64,000 bases of DNA. Origin: Deltaproteobacteria bacterium (GTDB lineage: Bacteria; Myxococcota_A; UBA9160; SMWR01). Below the pieces are notes generated by a model that did not search any database, was not told the origin of the DNA, and saw nothing but the letters and a program-made list of their open reading frames with translations. Position 1 is the stretch's first letter. Every line of letters begins with the position of its first letter. The translations under genes and the position numbers were made by a program. The stretch spans positions 160,001 to 224,000 of the forward strand of contig JAQBHB010000093.1 in assembly GCA_032128115.1 (NCBI GenBank). Direction: 5' to 3'. Below, piece by piece: positions 46,433-55,875 of the stretch.

Positions 46433-49015
46433 ATGACCGAATCAGCCGACGATCGACAGCGCCGACCGCGGTGGGACGTCGCCCTGCGGACATGGATCGA
46501 GAGTCGCTTCGAGAGCTGGGGGCACGCCTCGGCTCGGAGGCGTTGGCCAATCATCGGGTCGATGGTCGCGCTGGCGCTGGGGCTGGGTTCCCAGGTTCCG
46601 GGTCTCGAGATCGACACCTCGAGTGAGTCGTTCTTGCGCGCTGACGACCCCGCTCGCGTCGTGTACGCGAGCTTCCGCGAGCAGTTCGGCAACGACCAGC
46701 TGATCATCATCGCGCTTCGCCCGCCTCGCATCTTCGAGCCCGGCTTCATCGCGACGCTTCACGAACTCCATCGCGCGGTGGAGGACGAAGTCCCCTACGT
46801 CGAAGACGTCACCAGTCTGGTCAATGTGCGGGAGACCCGCGGCGATGGAGACGAACTGATCGTGCGGGATCTGCTCGAAGGCTGGCCCTTCGATGCCGAC
46901 GCGTTGCTCGAGATCCGCGAACGCGCCCTCGCAAACCCACTCTACCAGAACTACATCTTCTCCGAAGATCGACGCACGACGACCCTGGTCATCAAGCTCG
47001 AAGCCTACGCCGGAGGGGCCGGCACGGACGACGCACTCGGCGGGTTCGACGAGGCCGAGGGTGGCGAGCTGCTCACCCTGACGGGTGAGCAGGAGGCCGA
47101 GGCCGCCGCCGCACTCGAGTCGGTGGTCGACCGCTTCCGGAGCGACGACCTCGAGATCCACCTGGCGGGTGGGCCGATTACGGGGGCGCGGCTGGCGTCC
47201 GACATGATGGACAACATGCTGGTCTTCATGTGTCTATCGCTGATTGCGGTGGCTGTGCTCTTATTCGCGCTATTCCGGCGCGCATCCGCCGTATTTCTTC
47301 CACTGGTGGTCGTGTCGCTCTCGATCGCCTCGACATTCGGAGCCATGGCGCTGAGCGGCATGCGTCTGGGAATTCCGACGCAGATCCTGCCGTCCTTCCT
47401 GCTGGCCGTTGGCGTGGGCGGAAGCGTCCACCTGCTGGTGATCTTCTTCCGCGCCTACGACTCCGGCCTGTCGCGCAAAGAGGCCCTTGCCCAGGCTCTG
47501 CACCACTCAGGGCTGGCCATCGTCATGACGGCGCTCACCACGGCAGGCGGCCTGGTCTCCTTTCTTGGCGCAGAGGTAAAGCCGGTTTCGGACCTCGGGA
47601 TCTTTGCGCCGATCGGAATCGGACTGGGGCTCATCTATTGCATGGTGCTACTACCGGCCCTGCTCCACACGATTCCGCTCAAGCGCCTCGCTCCGCGTGA
47701 AGCCGGGCGCGCCGGCCGGATCGAGCGCGCGCTGCTGTGGACGGGCGACCAGTGCGTCCAGCATCCGAAGACGGTGCTCGCATCCATGTCCGTGATCCTG
47801 CTCTTCGCGATCGCGGGAATCACGCGGCTTACCTTCAGCTATGACCCGATCAGCTGGTTTCCGAGGAACGACCCGATTCGTCTCGCTACCGAGTTCGTGA
47901 ACGCCGAGCTCGGGGGTTCGGTCTCGCTCGAGATCCTGGTCGATACCGGAGAAGAGAACGGTCTCTACGAACCGTCACTGCTGAAGCGCCTCGACGAGCT
48001 GGGCGATCGCAGTGCCCAGATCGAGAGCGTGGGCCACATCAGCGTCGGGAAGGTCACTTCGATCGTCGACGTCTCGAAGGAGATCCACCAGGCCCTGAAC
48101 GAAAACCGGGCGAACTACTACGCGATCCCGGACAGCCGCGAACTCGTCGCCCAGGAGCTGCTGCTGTTCGAGAACAGTGGCTCCGACGACCTGGAGCAGC
48201 TGGTCGATCCCCAGTTCCAGCGCGCGCGTCTCACGATGAACCTGCCGTACGCCTCGCCGGCGTTCTATCAACCGTTCGGCGCTCGCGTGGAGGCCATCGC
48301 CCGCGAGACTCTTGGCGACGACGTCGAGATCACCATGACGGGTTTCGTCAGCCTGATGACGCGATCGCTGGATGCGCTCTCGACCAGTCTCCTGCGCAGC
48401 TATCTGATCGCCCTCGCGATCATCACACCGTTGATGTTCCTGGTGCTCGGGACGTTTCGAACCGGTGCGGCCGCGATGGTGCCCAACCTAGCGCCGATCA
48501 TCCTGACCCTCGGCCTGATGGGTTGGGCCGGCATCCCGCTGGACACTTTCACCCTCCTGATCGGGAGTATCGCGATCGGTCTGGCGGTGGATGACACGAT
48601 CCACTTCATGCATGTCTTCCGGAGATTCTACGAGGAACTGCGCCACACGCAGTTGGCCGTTCGCGAGACCCTGCGCACCACCGGGCACGCGATGCTCGTC
48701 ACGTCCATCGTGTTGTCGCTCTCGTTCTTCATCTACGCGTTCGCGAGCCTCGCCAACCTGGTCAAGTTCGGCCTGTTGACGGGAGTCACCATCATCTTCG
48801 CGTTCGTCGCCGACATCAGCTTGTCGCCGGCGCTGATGGCCCTCAGCACCCGCGGCGACCATGCAGCGGCCCAGCGCTCCGAACGGCATCGGGCGGCCCG
48901 ACGCGCCCGCTCCAGCCGAAGAGAGCAGAGGCGCGGAGAGCGTCGAGGCACTGACGCATCAAGCGTGGCGAGCCAGGGCCCCCGGGTCAGGGAACGAGTC
49001 GATCCAGCGGGATGA
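46433..49015 (+). CDS. MMPL/HpnN-type RND-family lipid exporter
   Basis: Two membrane repeats; TALTTAGG, MVPNLAP and IGLAVDDTIHF motifs. Confidence 0.9.
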   Translation: MTESADDRQRRPRWDVALRTWIESRFESWGHASARRRWPIIGSMVALALGLGSQVPGLEIDTSSESFLRADDPARVVYASFREQFGNDQLIIIALRPPRIFEPGFIATLHELHRAVEDEVPYVEDVTSLVNVRETRGDGDELIVRDLLEGWPFDADALLEIRERALANPLYQNYIFSEDRRTTTLVIKLEAYAGGAGTDDALGGFDEAEGGELLTLTGEQEAEAAAALESVVDRFRSDDLEIHLAGGPITGARLASDMMDNMLVFMCLSLIAVAVLLFALFRRASAVFLPLVVVSLSIASTFGAMALSGMRLGIPTQILPSFLLAVGVGGSVHLLVIFFRAYDSGLSRKEALAQALHHSGLAIVMTALTTAGGLVSFLGAEVKPVSDLGIFAPIGIGLGLIYCMVLLPALLHTIPLKRLAPREAGRAGRIERALLWTGDQCVQHPKTVLASMSVILLFAIAGITRLTFSYDPISWFPRNDPIRLATEFVNAELGGSVSLEILVDTGEENGLYEPSLLKRLDELGDRSAQIESVGHISVGKVTSIVDVSKEIHQALNENRANYYAIPDSRELVAQELLLFENSGSDDLEQLVDPQFQRARLTMNLPYASPAFYQPFGARVEAIARETLGDDVEITMTGFVSLMTRSLDALSTSLLRSYLIALAIITPLMFLVLGTFRTGAAAMVPNLAPIILTLGLMGWAGIPLDTFTLLIGSIAIGLAVDDTIHFMHVFRRFYEELRHTQLAVRETLRTTGHAMLVTSIVLSLSFFIYAFASLANLVKFGLLTGVTIIFAFVADISLSPALMALSTRGDHAAAQRSERHRAARRARSSRREQRRGERRGTDASSVASQGPRVRERVDPAG

Positions 49016-49472
49016 AGCGCGGCAGACTCTCGAACGAGATGGTTCCGTCCTGCACGAGCTCGAGTGCGCGCTCGCGCAGCGAATTCAGGCGCGCCCGGCG
49101 CGCCACATCGCGCAGATCCTCCAGGGCGGCACCCACCGCGATCCGTCCGTAGCTACTCGAACCGGCGCAGTGGTCGCAACCGCGTCCGCGGTAGCAGAGG
49201 AAATTGGCGGGCGGGCCCTGGGGGAAGATCTCGCTGGCGATCGCGGGCTCCAGGTCGGCGGGCTCGCGGCATGCGAGGCAGATGCGCCGGGCCAGGCGCT
49301 GGGCGAACACCGCCAGCAGCTCGCTGGCGTCCGCGAAACCATGGCCGCCCTGCTGGGCGAGGCCGCGATAGTGCGCGACCTCGCGCTCGAAGGGGCTCGG
49401 GGAAGACTCCCAGGCAGCGGCGTGGTTCGAGCGCCGCTTCAACATGCGCAGGATGTTCCGGATCGTGCTCAC
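48987..49472 (-). CDS. Stand-alone PilB/GspE C-terminal zinc-binding region without the ATPase core (small protein or remnant)
   Basis: AQRLARRICLAC..YRGRGCDHC..GRIAV..SLRERALELVQDGTIS; no Walker A/B; GAGG before GTG 49472. Confidence 0.7.
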   Translation of the reverse strand: MSTIRNILRMLKRRSNHAAAWESSPSPFEREVAHYRGLAQQGGHGFADASELLAVFAQRLARRICLACREPADLEPAIASEIFPQGPPANFLCYRGRGCDHCAGSSSYGRIAVGAALEDLRDVARRARLNSLRERALELVQDGTISFESLPRFIPLDRLVP

Positions 49473-49558
49473 GGGGGGTGCCTCGTGGCGGCTGGAATTG
49501 GCCGGCCGCAGCATCTGCTGAAGTTCGACGTCCCGGTACGGGTCACCCCGCGCGCTGG

Positions 49559-49574
49559 TGGCACGGGCCTCGCA
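49559..49574 (+). promoter_or_regulatory. Sigma-54 promoter candidate for RND operon 2
   Basis: TGGCACGGGCCTCGCA = TGGCAC-N5-TCGC, about 90 bp upstream of the MFP gene. Confidence 0.55.
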
Positions 49575-49660
49575 ACGGTGAAGTGGGCAGTGCGTGGGCG
49601 GAGCGCAGGAATCCGGGGAGACGTGTCGGTGGGGCGTTCTGCCAGATTGGAGGGCTCGTT

Positions 49661-50797
49661 GTGAGGCGCTACGCCCCAGGCGTGTTCCTCGTGGCCATCC
49701 TGATCGCCTTGGGCTGCAACCCGGAAGGCCGCAGCCCGCAGGTTTCTGCACCGGGACCGCCGGGGGCCGCGGACGATTCCGACCCCCTGCCCGCGATCCA
49801 GGTAACCACCGCCCGCATCGAGCGAGGCACGATCCAGGCGCGGATCTCGGCGTCCGGCAGCCTGATGGCGCGCCGCGAGAGCCGCATCGGGGCGGAGGTT
49901 CGCGGCCGCATCCAGGAGGTATTCGTCCGGGTGGGAGACCGGGTCGGCGCGGGCGATCCGCTCTTCCAGATCGCCCCGAAGACCTACCAGGTGACACTGC
50001 GGCAGGCCGAGGCGGGGCTCGATCTCGCGCGCTCCGAGCGCCGCCAGATCGAAGCGGATTTCGAGCGACGCCGCATCCTGTACCGCAAGGACGTGGTCTC
50101 CATCGACGAACTCAACCGGGCCGAGACGCAGGTGGCGGTGGCGAAGGCCCGCGAGCGGCAGGCGGCCGAGGCAGTCGCCATGGCGCGCCACGATCTGGAG
50201 CAGACCCTCGTGATCGCGCCCTTCGACGGTTCGATCGCCGAGCGATTGGCGGATGAGGGGACCACCGCGCTGGTCCAGCCCCAGACGGTCGTGATCGTGC
50301 TCCAGGAAACCGCCGTGCTCGAAGCCGAAGCCAACCTTCCCGAGGGCCAGCTTGCGGTGGTGCGCGTGGGTGACCCGGCCCGGGTACACGTGGAGGGTCT
50401 GGCCGAAGCCATCCAGACTCGAATCGCCTCGGTGGGCGACACGATTGATCCCGAAACCCGGACCTACCGCGTGGGCATGCTGGTCCCAAACCCCGATCAC
50501 CGCCTCAAGGCGGGCACCTTCGCGCACATCGACATCGAGCCTCAGGCGAAACGGCAGGTGATCCTGCTGCCGCGCGACGCCGTCCGCAGCGAGGGCGGAC
50601 GAACGCGCGTGCTCGTGGTCCGGGATGGGCGCGCCGAGGCGATCTCCGTTCAGCTCGGGATCGTCTCCGGCGACAACGCCGAGGTGCTTGACGGGATCCT
50701 CGTAGACAATGAGGTCATCGTGGGCGAATCAGCCCGCAGCATCGCCCCCGGCATGCAGGTGCGTGGCGCACCGCTGCAGCCAAAGCCCGCGTCGTGA
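49661..50797 (+). CDS. RND efflux membrane fusion lipoprotein
   Basis: ALGC lipobox; AEVRGRI, IAPFDG and DPETRTY..LKAG motifs; GGAGG RBS. Confidence 0.92.
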   Translation: MRRYAPGVFLVAILIALGCNPEGRSPQVSAPGPPGAADDSDPLPAIQVTTARIERGTIQARISASGSLMARRESRIGAEVRGRIQEVFVRVGDRVGAGDPLFQIAPKTYQVTLRQAEAGLDLARSERRQIEADFERRRILYRKDVVSIDELNRAETQVAVAKARERQAAEAVAMARHDLEQTLVIAPFDGSIAERLADEGTTALVQPQTVVIVLQETAVLEAEANLPEGQLAVVRVGDPARVHVEGLAEAIQTRIASVGDTIDPETRTYRVGMLVPNPDHRLKAGTFAHIDIEPQAKRQVILLPRDAVRSEGGRTRVLVVRDGRAEAISVQLGIVSGDNAEVLDGILVDNEVIVGESARSIAPGMQVRGAPLQPKPAS

Positions 50798-53700
50798 AGC
50801 TCGCCGACGTCTCGATCCAGCGACCGGTCTTCGCCGTCATGCTCGTGGGCGCGCTCGTGGTCCTGGGCCTGGTGTCGATTCCCCGCCTGGGCATCGATCT
50901 CTGGCCTCGCGTCGAGTTCCCCATGGTGGTGGTGACGACGGCGCTCGAGGGGGCCGCCGCCGAGACCATCGAGCGCGAGGTGTCCCAGGTACTCGAGGAG
51001 TCGATCAACACCATCGAGGGAATCAGCAGCCTGCGCAGCGCCTCCAGCGATTCGCTCTCGATCATCTACGTCGAGTTCGAGCTGGAGTACACCATCGAGG
51101 AGAAAGCGCAGGAGGTGCGCGAGAAAGTGGCGTCCGTGCGCGGTGAATTGCCAATCGACGCCGAACCGTCCGTGGTGGAGCGCGTCGACCCGGACGCGCA
51201 ACCCATCCTCGCTGTCATGCTCGCCGGCCCCGAGTCGATTCGCTCGATCAGCGAGTTTGCCGACAAGCGCGTCAAACCGCGGCTCGAGCGGATTCCGGGC
51301 GTGGGAAGCGTGACACTGGCAGGAGGCCGCCAGCGTGAGATCCGCATCTGGATCGATCCGCTCCAGCTGGGCGGCTACGGGCTCGCTGTAGATGACGTGC
51401 TCGCCGCGCTGGAGCGCGAGCACGTGGAGCTGCCCGGGGGACGTCTGGAGACGGAACAGCGCGAGTGGACGCTCAGAACCGAGGGGAAGCTCACCAGCGC
51501 CGAGCAGTTCGGCGCGATGGCCGTGGCCGAGCGGCGCGGCAGCGTGATCCACCTGCGCGACGTGGCAGACGTGGAAGACGGCATGGCGGACGAGCGCACC
51601 ATATCCCGCCTGAACGGTCGCAGGGGCGTGGCGCTCCAGATCCGACGCCAATCCGGGGAGAATACCGTCGCGGTGGCTAGCGCCGTCAAGCGCGAGCTCG
51701 AAGCCGTGCGGGCCGGTCTTCCGCCGGGTTGGGACATGTTGGTGGCGCGCGACGCATCGCGCTTCATCAGCCGTTCGATTCGCGAAGTGGCCATCGCGCT
51801 GGCTTTCGGCGCCTTGCTGGCCTCGATCGTGGTGTTCTTGTTCTTGCGCAATCTGCGCTCCACCCTCATCACTGCCCTGGCCATCCCTTGCTCGATCCTT
51901 GGGAGCTTCGGCTTCTTCTACTTCTTCGGCTTCACGCTCAACACCATGACGCTGATGGCGCTTTCGCTCTCGATCGGATTGCTGATCGACGACGCCATCG
52001 TAGTTCTCGAAAACTCGTATCGGCACATGGAGTTGGGCGAGCCGCCGGTGGAGGCCGCCTCTCGGGCTACCGAGGAGATCGGGCTGGCAGTGATCGCAAC
52101 CTCTCTGGCCATCGCAGCCGTCTTCGTGCCCATCGCCTTCATGTCTGGCGTGGTGGGTCGTTTCTTCCGGGAGTTCGGGATCGTGGCCACCTGCGCGGTG
52201 TTTACTTCGACCCTGGTGGCGCTCACCCTGGTGCCCATGCTGTGCAGTCGGTACCTGCGGCCCCCTGAAAAACACGGCCGGGCCTACCGCTGGCTCGAGG
52301 CGCTCTACGTCCGCCTGGAGGTCGGCTATCGACGCACGCTCGCCTGGGGCCTGGCGCACCGCGCAGCGACCCTGCTGCTGGCGTTCGTCGCAGTCGGCGC
52401 CGGCGTGACCCTCGCCCGGACCGTCCCCGTCACCTTCATGACGCCCGAGGACCGGGGCGAGTTCAACGTCTGGCTCAAGATGCCCCTGGGCAGCTCCGTC
52501 CACACGACCCTGGGGGCGACGTCGGCGGTGGAGACAGAGATCGCGCGCGTTTCCCAGGTGGACGCCGTCTTCTCCACGATTGGCGCCGGAGTGGAGAAGC
52601 GGGTCAACGAAGCCGAGATCTTCGTCCACCTCGTGCACAAGAGCCAGCGAGATCGGACCCAGCAGGAGATCATGGCCGACCTGCGCGGTCGGATCCGAGC
52701 CCTGAATCTGCCGCTCTACGAATTCACGGTCGAAGAGATCGGGCTCTTCAGCGTGGCCGGTTCCCGCAATGCGCAGCTCATGTACACCTTTCGCGGCCCT
52801 GACACCGACAGGCTGCAGTATTACGCGCGCGGCGTGATCGAACAGATGCGCCGCGCCGGGGGCTACGCCGATCTGACCCTGTCCTACGAGACCGGAAAGC
52901 CCGAGATTGCACTCGAGATCACGCGCGAGCGCGCCGCTGATGTGGGAGTGCCTGCACTCCAGATCGGCCGCACGATCTCGGCACTCTTTGCCGGCTACAA
53001 GGCCGCCACATTCGAAGAGGCCGGCGAGCGTTATGACGTGCGCGTGCAGGTACGGCCCGAATACCGGGACGACCTGGACAAGCTCTCGCTGGTGCGTGTG
53101 CGCGCTCGCGGTGGGGCGCTCGTTCCCTTGAGCAACCTGGTAGCGCCCCGGATCGGCAGCGGACCCGTGCAGATCGAACGCGAGAACCGGACGCGCGCCA
53201 TCACCCTGCGTGGCAACCTGGACGGGAAGTCGGCCGGTGAGGCCGATGTGGAGATCGTGGGGTTTGCCAAGGCCCTCGAAATCGGAAATGAATACGAATT
53301 CGAAGCCGTGGGTCCTTCCAAACGCATGCGCGAGTCGATCGACGCCATCGGCTTCGCCTTCGTATTGGCACTGGTGGCGATCTACATGATCCTCGCGTCC
53401 CAGTTCAACTCGTTCGTGCATCCGCTGACCATCATGATTTCTGCGCCTCTTTCCTTCATCGGGGCGTTCGCGGCCATTGCCCTCATGGGTCAGCAGCTCG
53501 ACACCCTGGGTCAGATCGCGTTCCTCATGCTGATGGGGATCGTGATGAAAAACGGCATCCTGCTGGTCGACTACATCAACACCGTTCGCGCTCGGGGGGT
53601 CGCCCTTCGTGAGGCCGTGCTCGAGGCAGGTCCGGTGCGGCTGCGGCCGGTGCTCATGACCGCCGTTTCGACCATCTGCGGCATGATGCCACTGGCCTAC

Positions 53701-53913
53701 GGGACGGGCGACGGCTCGGAATGGCGCAATCCCATGGGCGTGGTCTGCATCGGAGGGCTGATTGCCTCCACCCTGCTGACGCTCCTGATCGTTCCCATCG
53801 CGTACACACTGTTCGACGATGCCCAGGCAGCCGTCGCTCGCGGCGTGCGCTCCGTGCGCGCGGCAGGACTTCGCCCGCAACGGCGCGCGGACGCGCCCCG
53901 CTCGACGATTTGA
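50794..53913 (+). CDS. RND efflux permease (AcrB/AcrD/AcrF family)
   Basis: SIQRPVFA, GLLIDDAIVVLEN, KNGILLVD and RLRPVLMT motifs. Confidence 0.95.
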   Translation: MKLADVSIQRPVFAVMLVGALVVLGLVSIPRLGIDLWPRVEFPMVVVTTALEGAAAETIEREVSQVLEESINTIEGISSLRSASSDSLSIIYVEFELEYTIEEKAQEVREKVASVRGELPIDAEPSVVERVDPDAQPILAVMLAGPESIRSISEFADKRVKPRLERIPGVGSVTLAGGRQREIRIWIDPLQLGGYGLAVDDVLAALEREHVELPGGRLETEQREWTLRTEGKLTSAEQFGAMAVAERRGSVIHLRDVADVEDGMADERTISRLNGRRGVALQIRRQSGENTVAVASAVKRELEAVRAGLPPGWDMLVARDASRFISRSIREVAIALAFGALLASIVVFLFLRNLRSTLITALAIPCSILGSFGFFYFFGFTLNTMTLMALSLSIGLLIDDAIVVLENSYRHMELGEPPVEAASRATEEIGLAVIATSLAIAAVFVPIAFMSGVVGRFFREFGIVATCAVFTSTLVALTLVPMLCSRYLRPPEKHGRAYRWLEALYVRLEVGYRRTLAWGLAHRAATLLLAFVAVGAGVTLARTVPVTFMTPEDRGEFNVWLKMPLGSSVHTTLGATSAVETEIARVSQVDAVFSTIGAGVEKRVNEAEIFVHLVHKSQRDRTQQEIMADLRGRIRALNLPLYEFTVEEIGLFSVAGSRNAQLMYTFRGPDTDRLQYYARGVIEQMRRAGGYADLTLSYETGKPEIALEITRERAADVGVPALQIGRTISALFAGYKAATFEEAGERYDVRVQVRPEYRDDLDKLSLVRVRARGGALVPLSNLVAPRIGSGPVQIERENRTRAITLRGNLDGKSAGEADVEIVGFAKALEIGNEYEFEAVGPSKRMRESIDAIGFAFVLALVAIYMILASQFNSFVHPLTIMISAPLSFIGAFAAIALMGQQLDTLGQIAFLMLMGIVMKNGILLVDYINTVRARGVALREAVLEAGPVRLRPVLMTAVSTICGMMPLAYGTGDGSEWRNPMGVVCIGGLIASTLLTLLIVPIAYTLFDDAQAAVARGVRSVRAAGLRPQRRADAPRSTI

Positions 53914-53923
53914 TCTCTTCGCC

Positions 53924-54066
53924 CGGACGCTGCGTCGCGAGCTCCATGGTCCCGACGAGATCCGGGAATCCGCCGCGCGCACACCGGTCCAGATGCTGGG
54001 TGCACAGTTCGCCGACTTCATGATGCTCGTGTTGCTCGGCGCGGCGATCGTGAGCGGCGTGGTTGT
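53924..54066 (+). pseudogene. Remnant of a cation-transporting P-type ATPase N-terminus
   Basis: RRELHGPDEIRESAARTPVQMLGAQFADFMMLVLLGAAIVSGV resembles the R..YGPNEL..QF.D.MILVL.AA segment; no start and no downstream ATPase domains. Confidence 0.7.
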
Positions 54067-54092
54067 CTGCTCCCAGGCTCTGCGTGAACAGA

Positions 54093-54884
54093 TCAAATCC
54101 GCGACCGAACGGTCCGGCGGACCATCGCGCGTTCATAGGTGGCGGGCCAGATCCGCGAAACCCACCAGGCGAGGCGCGCCTCGGCTCCAACGAACACCAG
54201 CGGCCGGCGTTTCTCCACTCCGCGGAAGATCGCTTCAGCCGCGGCGGCGGGCTCGATCTCGCGGCGCACCCCGCTGCGCGCGCCGGCGCCGGCGAGCTGG
54301 CCGTGCGGGCCGAGCGCCCGGTCGCCAATCCCTGTCCGCACGAACGACGGGCACACCAGGGTCACGCCCAGGTCGTCGCGAGCGTGCTCGGCCTGGAGCG
54401 ATCCAAAGAAGCCGTGGAGCGCGTGCTTGCTGGCAGCGTAGCCGGCGCGCGTCGCCAGGGGTGCGAAGCCCGCGACGCTGGACAGGACGACGACCTGACC
54501 GCGGCGCGCCAGCAGTGAGGGCAGGGCGGCATGGGTACAATTCACCGCTCCGAGGAAGTTCACCTCCAGCACGCGCTGGATCACGGCCGGGTCGGTGTCG
54601 CGTACCAGGCCTACGTGGGTGATCCCGGCGTTGTTTATCAGGATGTCGATGCCACCCCAGGCCGTGGTAACGCGCTCCACCGCATTCTCGCAGGAGGCGG
54701 CAGACGTCACATCACAGGCGAGGGCGAGTGCGACGGCGCCTTCGCTCTCCAACTCGGCCCGTCTCCCGGCGGCGGCCTCGGCGTCGAGGTCGAGGAGAGC
54801 TACCTGGCTTCCCGCCCGCGCGAAGCGGCGGGCCAGCGCTGCGCCGATGCCTCCTGCTGCCCCCGTGATCACGACCGAACCCAC
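54093..54884 (-). CDS. Short-chain dehydrogenase/reductase
   Basis: TGAAGGIG, NNAG, SS and YAASK motifs. Confidence 0.93.
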   Translation of the reverse strand: MGSVVITGAAGGIGAALARRFARAGSQVALLDLDAEAAAGRRAELESEGAVALALACDVTSAASCENAVERVTTAWGGIDILINNAGITHVGLVRDTDPAVIQRVLEVNFLGAVNCTHAALPSLLARRGQVVVLSSVAGFAPLATRAGYAASKHALHGFFGSLQAEHARDDLGVTLVCPSFVRTGIGDRALGPHGQLAGAGARSGVRREIEPAAAAEAIFRGVEKRRPLVFVGAEARLAWWVSRIWPATYERAMVRRTVRSRI

Positions 54885-54888
54885 GCCG

Positions 54889-55875
54889 CTACCCCCCGAA
54901 GCGCTGCCGGCGGTAGTTCTCGAGGCATTCTTCGCTGGTGTAGCGGGGCGTGAAGCCGAACCCGCTCTTCAGTTTTTCATTCGAGAGCACGGGCCGGTAG
55001 CGAAGGAAATCCATCTGCTCGCGACCGCGGGCCGAGAGCCCCAGGCTGTGGAGGGCCCCGAGTGCGGCAGCAAGCAGGGCGGGAGGCAAGGGCAGATAGG
55101 GGCGACCGAGGCGCCGCGCGATCTCGCGGAGCGTGATGCTGCCGTCGCCGCTGAGATTGTAGATGCCGGCCCGTCGCTCCCGAATGCCCTTCACGATGCA
55201 GTCGGCGACGTCCTCGTCCCAGATGAGGACGAAGGGCGCGTCGCAGCCCGCCACGCCGATGATGACGCGCCGTTCGAAGAGGGCGGTGATGGGACTCGCG
55301 ACCCGGGCACCGAGGATCGTGCCCGGGCGGAAGACGAGCTGGGCCAGTCCCGGATGCTCTTCGCGGTGGCGCGCCAGTTCCTCCTCGGCGAGGCGCTTGT
55401 GCCACGCGTAGGCGAAGACCTTGTTGCCGCGCAGCGGGTCGGTTTCATGCAGGGGCACGGGGTTGTTCGCGTGGAAGCCGTAGACCGCGCCGCTGCTCGT
55501 ATAGACGATCTGGCCCACATCAGTAGCCGCGCAGGCCTGGACCACGTTTCGGGTGCCGAGGACGTCGATCGCGTACTCGAGCACGCGGGAGCTTCCCGGG
55601 CCGGGCGTTACGACGGCGGCCAGATGCACGACGGTGTCGATCCGATACTCCTCGAAGAGCTTGCCCAGCGCCGGATCGCGCACGTCGGCGGTGACGTAGC
55701 GGACCCCGTCCAGGCGCTCGGATTCCGGGGGCAGGCGCAGGTCCGCGGCCACCAGGGTCTCGATCGCGCCGGGCTCGCCCGCGAGTCGCGCGACGACCTG
55801 GCGGCCCACCAGTCCCGACGCTCCCGTGATGAGCACCGAGCGGAGGGCGGTGGAGTGCCCGGCCGGCGCGCTCAC
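54889..55875 (-). CDS. NAD-dependent epimerase/dehydratase (extended SDR)
   Basis: TGASGLVG, HLAA, TSSGAVYG and YAWHK motifs; GTGA overlap with the upstream gene. Confidence 0.9.
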   Translation of the reverse strand: MSAPAGHSTALRSVLITGASGLVGRQVVARLAGEPGAIETLVAADLRLPPESERLDGVRYVTADVRDPALGKLFEEYRIDTVVHLAAVVTPGPGSSRVLEYAIDVLGTRNVVQACAATDVGQIVYTSSGAVYGFHANNPVPLHETDPLRGNKVFAYAWHKRLAEEELARHREEHPGLAQLVFRPGTILGARVASPITALFERRVIIGVAGCDAPFVLIWDEDVADCIVKGIRERRAGIYNLSGDGSITLREIARRLGRPYLPLPPALLAAALGALHSLGLSARGREQMDFLRYRPVLSNEKLKSGFGFTPRYTSEECLENYRRQRFGG

